Shown here: piece after piece, positions 57,901 through 64,000 of the stretch
Numbering within the stretch: the first letter of the stretch is position 1
Layout of the letters: each line of letters starts with the position of its first letter
IMG/VR virus record: IMGVR_UViG_3300046685_000084
Source: an uncultured virus (IMG/VR IMGVR_UViG_3300046685_000084)
Taxonomy: Duplodnaviria; Heunggongvirae; Uroviricota; Caudoviricetes
DNA length: 64,000 bases
Direction: 5' to 3' (one strand)
Notes under the pieces: generated by a model
Database searches by the model: none
What the model saw: only the letters and a program-made list of their open reading frames with translations
Told to the model about the DNA's origin: nothing
Program-made: the position numbers and the translations under genes

Positions 57901-60036
57901 GAGCCTTCAAGTAAAGAGCCATATACTGTTCCGGATAATAGTTTGGCATTTTCGACACGTGATAGTGATGGAAAAGCTAAATTAATAAATTTTATAAGTG
58001 AAGAAATTGATGCTAAAGAAGTATATAATGATACAAACTACAATAAGGCACTTAAATCTGTTATTAATGGCAAAAGGGATGTGTGCTTTATTGAAATGAA
58101 TCAGGCTAACGTAAATCTTGTTGAAAAGAATAAACTTCGTATTATTCCGACAAGAATGACATTACAGAATACTATGATGGCAATTGTTTATCGTGATAGT
58201 ATTAAGGCGCATAAATTATATGATATTGCTAAAAGTCATGGTGGATATCTTAACGATAAATCTGCTGAAGAAGCACGTGAAATTGGTCAATTATTGGGTT
58301 ATAAAGAAGCAAGCATCGAAGAATATATACATAGAAAATACGGCAATAAAACACCAATAATGCCAGATAGGTCGCCTGATGATTTTGATGACCTTGCGGA
58401 AGGCGAATTTGATAATTATGAAAAAGAAATTGAGAAAGACAATCTAACACACGGTCTGGATAAAAAATTAATCAGAACTTATAATGATGGTATTGACGTT
58501 AATCCCGTCTATGCTGTTAATGGTGATGAAGTACGTGAAAGTGGTTTTATTGAATGGGTTGAGGGTGGTAACCATTGGGTAGATTATGACTTACCGAGAA
58601 ATGAACAGAAGTATGCAAAACGCATACCTGCGGATGATTTGTGGGTTGATGACGTACATTTGGCAAAACCAAACGACTTTGAAGGAATATTATTGCACGA
58701 AAGAACTGAAAGTTATGTGATAAAACATTATGGTTATACTTATGATGATGCACATGATATTGCAAATAAGATTGAATTACTCTTTAGAAAGAAAACACAA
58801 GAGCAAAATATTCAAAATGATGAAGATTCTGAAGCATTAAGTAGTTCAATGTTTACCGCATTTAAGAAGCATTTTAAAGGCAAGAAAGGTCATACAAATT
58901 TTCAAAATGAAGGCGTGAGCGATGTTGCCGCAGAAAAACAATTTGGTATACAACAACCACATCAAGGCTTTGAAGATAAGTTTGCAAGAGACCAACAGGA
59001 AGATGTTGTTTATACTGACCCCAACAGTGATTTGGTAATTATTAGAAATCCTAAAAGACTTGATAGTATTTTTGGCTATGCCAGAGGCGTTATTGATACA
59101 ATAGGAAATCTGTATATTGAACAACGACCAACTGGAATACATTTTGATGTGCTATATGCATTAAATAAATTAGGTCTTGTTGAAGACGAAGAAGATTGGG
59201 ATGTTAGACTTCCCCATAATTTTGTAACAGTACAAAGATATTTAAGGTCCAACAAAATATTGCTTGGTGAATCGAATTTTGCAATGATTCCCGATAAAGA
59301 AAGACCCACACTTAGTAAAACATGGCAGGCAATTCCAACTTATGAAGAAGCCAAGCCAGTTTATCAAAGATTCTTAGATAGAGCAAAACAAAAAACACCT
59401 GTTTTTGAATTTATTAATGAACCTCTGCAGAGATATAAAAAGAAAATTGAGGCGGGTGCAGTAAACGAATTATTTGAAAATAAGCCTACCACGCAATGCA
59501 AAGAAGTTCAACTAACTTCTGAAATCAGAGAATATTTACAGAAGTTCGATTCAGATGAAGAACTTTTGAGAAGTGGTGGAATTCCTGTCGATATGCTTGA
59601 TAGAGCAGCATTTGGATTTGATGACAGCCTTAAAGAATTAATGCCCAAACAATTATCAATTAAATGGAACGATGATTTAGAAAATGTTAAGTGGGAGGTA
59701 AAAAAGAAAGGATTAACTGATGTTGATTACGCAAAAAAGATTAACTTAGCCGAGCCAATTGATGTGTCATTTGATGGTAAAAATTTTAATATTGAAGATG
59801 GTCATCATAGGTATTATGCTGCGAGTGTATTAAATTTGCCGTTGAAAATTAATCTCGAAATAAAGGCAAATCCGGTTGCAGCTTTAAGTCAAGGTATGGG
59901 ATATGATGATTTTCATAGGTGTATATGGAAACAAGCACATAATGTAACAGAAATATTGAACGAAAATATGGTTAATGAGACAGAATTAATTTTAAATAAT
60001 ATTAACGAAGCAAAAATGATGATGAAAATAATGTAA
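54901..60036 (+). CDS. 1711-aa multidomain protein: three protein-kinase-like domains, HExxE domain, unknown domains, C-terminal ParB/Srx-like domain
   Basis: GSGTGRIVY..VLK..LTDYG; GGGGYGFAY..VLK..YFDIG; GEGVFGVAY..VLK..FFDVG; LLHERTE; PIDV...IEDGHHRYYAA. Confidence 0.75.
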   Translation: MTYAEFKQNFLPEFLKIKSFAGKVKYASQYLTRIGSGTGRIVYDIDGEKVLKLAKNPKGVAQNETEAGAGYYRDTQHIVTIVFDSADDDSWIISEKAKKVNEARIKQLTGIPNLIELWKYLKNQHSANRGKGQPLHQEPDMVEALVNNEFAQDLYEFIENYSQEPGDMDRPSTFGEVLRDGQPSIVLTDYGLNDEVYNTHYAPKRQQNHRIFELYNFQDGNDDILGDMPPQDAIDTRQGMWALMPYSVGDGPGVINEEFLSFVENTDKYPQEITLPSTPYILDEFHNVVNNLKEVLNHVKDKKKFYGKLLELQDYLIRGKFYDREPLEEEIVQLHEANTPGVKPMSLKKDYSNTVAESVAQKLNLGTAEFLGGGGYGFAYTINNNRVLKITTDVCEVDAGLKIQRAKPQALVAVYNIYKVIDRENNITTYALIEDHIANKPIDEFFGYISTMNEISIVNEIKPNTNLYGNLLIALRKKKLDEYVKLSQKILTENPTANISQFDRQKAYHFMMGFLEIKRELIQLQIKSDDYSNLENVGYKNNILTYFDIGGCFNIMQEPQLPPENRIMLPEGEELLDEGVSRENADKIANVVAQKYYNTAPKYIGEGVFGVAYDIGNNMVLKVTGDKSEANENLMLIGKPLEHIAKPYKVFSIKPKSGDTELYIIILEKLRTNPAEFKAIKDRMDFAFKRIMNIDYPDVVDYYVNGYSPGLDVDEEMVEKYMARNPKDADFFYGVVRIGREAKEYSIESMDYVNPTNLGYMPDGSLGFFDVGFGNYFFQADKQPEEIQVDEDGSAKFSTPNSFGQDNFPPYDNTADDSPLTDNNVPTTVDEDLEYHNVVGDATQDKYELDERIKSFQPGSQSVEVKQKCRLAGNGNTSTACNQGDINNLNIKPIKESAGNSSKDFWGWVSPDNKLIKVPYLDHRSFIEKKYPEYANDVTELFNVAFRDGWVRVTYEYNQSNYQGSLALNGYDKSRVKQVLKDKFFNLVKYGNNTIYVDFEEPSSKEPYTVPDNSLAFSTRDSDGKAKLINFISEEIDAKEVYNDTNYNKALKSVINGKRDVCFIEMNQANVNLVEKNKLRIIPTRMTLQNTMMAIVYRDSIKAHKLYDIAKSHGGYLNDKSAEEAREIGQLLGYKEASIEEYIHRKYGNKTPIMPDRSPDDFDDLAEGEFDNYEKEIEKDNLTHGLDKKLIRTYNDGIDVNPVYAVNGDEVRESGFIEWVEGGNHWVDYDLPRNEQKYAKRIPADDLWVDDVHLAKPNDFEGILLHERTESYVIKHYGYTYDDAHDIANKIELLFRKKTQEQNIQNDEDSEALSSSMFTAFKKHFKGKKGHTNFQNEGVSDVAAEKQFGIQQPHQGFEDKFARDQQEDVVYTDPNSDLVIIRNPKRLDSIFGYARGVIDTIGNLYIEQRPTGIHFDVLYALNKLGLVEDEEDWDVRLPHNFVTVQRYLRSNKILLGESNFAMIPDKERPTLSKTWQAIPTYEEAKPVYQRFLDRAKQKTPVFEFINEPLQRYKKKIEAGAVNELFENKPTTQCKEVQLTSEIREYLQKFDSDEELLRSGGIPVDMLDRAAFGFDDSLKELMPKQLSIKWNDDLENVKWEVKKKGLTDVDYAKKINLAEPIDVSFDGKNFNIEDGHHRYYAASVLNLPLKINLEIKANPVAALSQGMGYDDFHRCIWKQAHNVTEILNENMVNETELILNNINEAKMMMKIM

Positions 60037-60087
60037 ATAATATGATTCTTTTAGTAGACATGTTAGTATTTATATAAAAATATTAAC

Positions 60088-60903
60088 ATGGGAAAACCGA
60101 GAACATATTCGATAGACGAAAATTATTTTAATGAGATTAATTCAAACAATAAAGCCTATATATTAGGTTTTATTTATGCAGACGGTAGTGTATGTAAAAA
60201 TTATTTAAGTATTTGGTTGTCGGATAAAGATATTGAAATTTTAGAATTTATTAAATTGGAGTTAAAATATGAAGGTAAAATATATGTTCGTAATAATGAA
60301 ATAAAAAATAAAAAATATGTAGGATTTTCCGTTTCGTCGAAAAAAATGGTTAATGATTTAATAAAATTGGGTGTCGTTAGAAATAAAACCTATTTATCAA
60401 AGGAATTACCAATTTATGATAAGAAATATGAAGCAGCGTTTCTTAGAGGCTTTTTTGATGGTGATGGGTCAATATATTTAAATAATAATAGGGGGTATGA
60501 TGAATATACGATTTGTTTTTCTGGTAATATTAGAGTTTTGGGCCAAATAAAAAATATATTGATAGGATACGATATCTCAAGTTGCAACATAAGGCATAGA
60601 CATAGTAGCGATGAATCATGTATGTTGGAAATTAGAGGTAATTTAAATATTGAAAAAATATATAATTTATTTTATAATAATGCTGATTTTTATTTAAAAA
60701 GAAAAAAAGAAAGATTTAATAACTTTAAATTAATGTTAACAAAATTAATAAAAAGAAATTTATCGGATGAAATAATAAACAACATAAGAATTTCATATTG
60801 TTCAGGAATGAAACAATTTCAAATAGCTAATGATAATAATATGCCTAAAAGTTCGGTAAGAACGGTAATACAAAGACTTAGGAAATATGGGGAAGTTAAA
60901 TAG
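60088..60903 (+). CDS. LAGLIDADG homing endonuclease
   Basis: AYILGFIYADGSV and FLRGFFDGDGSI. Confidence 0.88.
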   Translation: MGKPRTYSIDENYFNEINSNNKAYILGFIYADGSVCKNYLSIWLSDKDIEILEFIKLELKYEGKIYVRNNEIKNKKYVGFSVSSKKMVNDLIKLGVVRNKTYLSKELPIYDKKYEAAFLRGFFDGDGSIYLNNNRGYDEYTICFSGNIRVLGQIKNILIGYDISSCNIRHRHSSDESCMLEIRGNLNIEKIYNLFYNNADFYLKRKKERFNNFKLMLTKLIKRNLSDEIINNIRISYCSGMKQFQIANDNNMPKSSVRTVIQRLRKYGEVK

Positions 60904-63826
60904 TTTTATATTAAATTTAAGGGAAAAACCTTTCATTCAATCAATTATAAATGACTTGGGAGGCGAAGTTTTTGCAATGGGTGGAGTAGTTCGTGACCTT
61001 ATACTTAACAAGCCAAATAAAGATATTGATTTGGTTGTTAGAAAAGTGTCAATAGATAGATTAATATCACAATTACAAAAATTTGGTAGAGTAGATGTTG
61101 TGGGTAAATCATTTGGGGTTATTAAATTTATTGATAGTAATGGTGTCGATTATGATGTGGCTCTGCCAAGAACAGATAAAAAAAATGCTGAAGGTGGATA
61201 TCGTGGATTCGATGTACAAAGCGATGAAAATTTGCCAATTGAGGCAGATATTACGAGAAGAGATGCTAAGATGAATGCAATGGCAATAAATATTAACACC
61301 GGAAAGTTTATTGACCCATTAGGTGGATTGAAAGATATTGAAAATAAACAGATTTCTGCTGCAAATCCGGAGGCGTTTTCAGACGACCCCTTAAGGATGA
61401 TAAGAATTGTAGCATTTGCTAGTCGTTTTGGTTTTACTATTGAACTACAGACCATGCAGATGATTAAAGATAATGCTCATAGAGTAAAAGAAATTGCACC
61501 GGAAAGAATTTTGACAGAATTTGACAAAATTATTGAGAAAGGCAATATAATTTTGGGAGTAAACCTTTTGACTAATACTGGATTGTATGAGCAAATATTT
61601 GGTGGTATTAAAAATACCGTAAGTCCGTTATTTGCTGATGTTCAGACGATGGGCGAATTTATTTATCTATTGGCTGTCGGTACAGTACCAAGTCCTGCAG
61701 AATTCTACAAGAACAATCTCAAGGGTGATATTCCAACATATAAAGAAATTAAGGCACTTGAATTGGCATTTACATTACCCGATATAAGTCTTCCTATTAT
61801 TGAAAGGTCAACTGTTCATAATATGTATTTACTTAGTCCACAAGCATTGCAAAGTCAAATAATTCCAATGGGATTACAAAAAGCCTCAGAAGAATTTCAA
61901 CAAGGTAAATATCCTAAGACCGTTAATGAATTGGCTGTAAATGGACAAGACTTGATGAGCGTTGGATTACAAGGTAAAGCTGTTGGTGATATGCAGAAGT
62001 CTTTACTATTAAAGATTTATGCCGATAAGGTTAGAAATTCCAAGGAAGATTTATTAGCTTTGGCAAGACCTAATGGTGAAGTTATTAAAGAAGAAGTGAA
62101 GCCTGAAGACAAAATTGAATATGGTTGTTTGATGTTATTTCTTGATGTGCCTATTTGGAGTAAAATTACTTCCGTTATTAATCGTGAAGATATTTATGAT
62201 GCTCCGGGATATGGAATTGAAACAGAACCACATACAACAATATTATATGGCTTTCATGATGAAGTAACTTCGGAAGATTGTTTTAATTTGTTCAAGGAAA
62301 ACATGCCTGTGAAACCATTTAAGATAGGAATTAAAGGTATATCATTCTTTACAGGTAATCCTAAGTTTGATGTTGTTAAGTTCGATGTTGAATCACCAGA
62401 ACTTACAGAATTAAATGAGGTTATGAAGGCATTACCACATACCAGTGCATTTCCAGATTATCATCCGCACATTACAATTGCGTATGTTAAACCCGGAGAA
62501 GGACAGAAGTATGTTAAGCCATTCAAAAAGAACAGAATGCTCAATGGTAATGAATTGGTTTATACTTGGAAAGGTCATAAAGGTAATGACGGTGATAAAC
62601 TCATGCTTGATGGTAGTATAGATGAAAGTATTGCAGATAAAGCAGCAGAGAAAATGTTTAATATTCCAAATCAGAGTGCAAAACAAGATATTCAAGCTGC
62701 AGGAGCAGTACAGGCGCAGGAAGAAAAACCAGTTGCTGTTATAAGCAAAATGAAAAATGGTAAAATTGATGCCTTTAGCATTGGAATATATGAAAACCCC
62801 AAATCTTTAGCTAATTTTGGTTCAAATACGAGAGCGATTGTAGACTTTGATGGAAACTTATTTATTGCACAAGAAAATGGTTGGTTCAATCACGGTGACA
62901 TGGCACAAGTATTAGGTATTAGTGATTGGGAAGATGGCGTATACGAACAAATGGAAGAATATCAATTACTACAAAGAATTGAGAATAGCAATGCATTTGG
63001 ATTAGCAGATAGTAGTGCAGACTTTGCAGGCAGTAGACCATTATTGCCCAATGACCTTGAACCCAATCAAGATGAATATAATGAGAATTTTAAAATAGTT
63101 AACAACATATTACGTGCAGCTAAAAGAAAAAACCCTCAATATGATTTTTATAGTCAATACTATTTGAGTATTAATACTGAACCAGTTAGTCTTGAAGAAA
63201 CCTATATGTACAATACATTGGAGCCAAAAAAATCTACTTGGAATGTAAGTGGTCAAACTGTCGACATTAATTTCTTCACTGACCAATATTATCAGTGGAA
63301 TCAAGACAGATATGTATATACAACAACAAAATCCGTATTGGAATTTCTTGATAATAATTATCCTGATTTAATGAATGATGAAAAATTAAAACACGATTTA
63401 TATCACAAATTGGTCGATAATGAAATACTTGATGAAGAACAGAAACAAATGAAAAACGTCAGATATACTGCAGTTGTACTTGATGATAAATCACGTACTG
63501 CTTTGTTAAAAAGACTTGGAAATATGATACCCGAAGGTTGGGAAACTATTGCACATCACATGACAATTAATATGGGTGCTATTGTTCCGGAGTTTGCAAA
63601 ATTCTTGGGAATGAATGTTGATTTAAATGCAGAAGACTTTGCTGCAGATGATAAAGTTATGGCTGTGGGTGTTGCAGGTATGCCAACTAAGAATGGTAAG
63701 CCACATATAACATTGGCAGTCAATCGTGCAAATGGTGGCAAACCAATGATGTCAAATCAATTAACTAATTGGGAAAAATTAAGCGAACCGCTTGTTTTAA
63801 GTGGTAAAGTAACTGAAGTAGAATAA
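60887..63826 (+). CDS. cca: CCA-adding/poly(A) polymerase-family nucleotidyltransferase fused to two 2H phosphoesterase domains
   Basis: GGVVRD..DIDL, RRD..MNAMA, DPLGG..D, FSDDPLRMIR, ERI..E..K; 2H motif pairs HTT/HIT and HMT/HIT. Confidence 0.8.
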   Translation: MGKLNSFILNLREKPFIQSIINDLGGEVFAMGGVVRDLILNKPNKDIDLVVRKVSIDRLISQLQKFGRVDVVGKSFGVIKFIDSNGVDYDVALPRTDKKNAEGGYRGFDVQSDENLPIEADITRRDAKMNAMAININTGKFIDPLGGLKDIENKQISAANPEAFSDDPLRMIRIVAFASRFGFTIELQTMQMIKDNAHRVKEIAPERILTEFDKIIEKGNIILGVNLLTNTGLYEQIFGGIKNTVSPLFADVQTMGEFIYLLAVGTVPSPAEFYKNNLKGDIPTYKEIKALELAFTLPDISLPIIERSTVHNMYLLSPQALQSQIIPMGLQKASEEFQQGKYPKTVNELAVNGQDLMSVGLQGKAVGDMQKSLLLKIYADKVRNSKEDLLALARPNGEVIKEEVKPEDKIEYGCLMLFLDVPIWSKITSVINREDIYDAPGYGIETEPHTTILYGFHDEVTSEDCFNLFKENMPVKPFKIGIKGISFFTGNPKFDVVKFDVESPELTELNEVMKALPHTSAFPDYHPHITIAYVKPGEGQKYVKPFKKNRMLNGNELVYTWKGHKGNDGDKLMLDGSIDESIADKAAEKMFNIPNQSAKQDIQAAGAVQAQEEKPVAVISKMKNGKIDAFSIGIYENPKSLANFGSNTRAIVDFDGNLFIAQENGWFNHGDMAQVLGISDWEDGVYEQMEEYQLLQRIENSNAFGLADSSADFAGSRPLLPNDLEPNQDEYNENFKIVNNILRAAKRKNPQYDFYSQYYLSINTEPVSLEETYMYNTLEPKKSTWNVSGQTVDINFFTDQYYQWNQDRYVYTTTKSVLEFLDNNYPDLMNDEKLKHDLYHKLVDNEILDEEQKQMKNVRYTAVVLDDKSRTALLKRLGNMIPEGWETIAHHMTINMGAIVPEFAKFLGMNVDLNAEDFAADDKVMAVGVAGMPTKNGKPHITLAVNRANGGKPMMSNQLTNWEKLSEPLVLSGKVTEVE

Positions 63827-64000
63827 TGGACGACAATAAAGAACATCCTTGGCAAGAAACATCGGAAGAAGGATTTGGCTATGAAAACGAATGCCTTAAA
63901 GATATTAATAATAAAAAATATCCTGTTGCATATAGAAATTTAGATAAAGAAAAATATAAACTTTACGATATTATTCTTTTCGATGGCAAAATTCCTATTG
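63826..64000 (+). CDS. Hypothetical protein, 3'-truncated by the window
   Basis: ATG overlapping the upstream TAA; frame open to the window end (MDDNKEHPWQE...). Confidence 0.5.
   Translation, partial: MDDNKEHPWQETSEEGFGYENECLKDINNKKYPVAYRNLDKEKYKLYDIILFDGKIPI

Noticed and set aside
1..64000. Stop-codon reassignment as in some large phages
   Set aside because: Genes are full length in code 11; TAG and TGA both end genes (e.g. 14418, 12686, 16554); no suppressor tRNA seen

Overview
AT-rich segment of a large (jumbo-type) dsDNA bacteriophage; every credible gene is on the + strand and read in standard code 11. TAnnTTTG promoters and A-rich, SD-less start contexts suggest a Bacteroidota host (inference). 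Gene order: (1) ADP-heptose/sugar genes; (2) acidic proteins that may be packaged in the head; (3) T4-like replication/recombination genes (gp32-like SSB, UvsX/RecA, RNase H/FEN, DnaB-like helicase); (4) a ~2.1 kb structured-RNA array followed by a divergent Ro60/TROVE-vWA gene and an ARPP-like gene; (5) ~18 kb of Gly/Thr/Cys-rich fibre-like genes with an embedded GT9-like glycosyltransferase; (6) an IS607-like tnpA/tnpB pair split by four small genes; (7) SNF2 helicase, QueC-like protein and family B DNA polymerase; (8) NUDIX, WYL, a 1711-aa triple-kinase polyprotein and a CCA-adding enzyme fused to two 2H phosphoesterases. The best candidate for a new system is at 16.7-21.7 kb. Six RNAs share one covarying bulged helix (5'-GA.AAC..GTGTTT.ACAG / AAATAC..AAT.TYC). 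It is grafted onto tRNA scaffolds in different topologies (D-loop insertion, around the acceptor end, circularly permuted tRNA, anticodon hairpin only). The array lies directly upstream of the Ro60-like gene, so it looks like a phage array of Y-RNA-like tRNA mimics. All family assignments come from reading motifs by eye; no searches were run.
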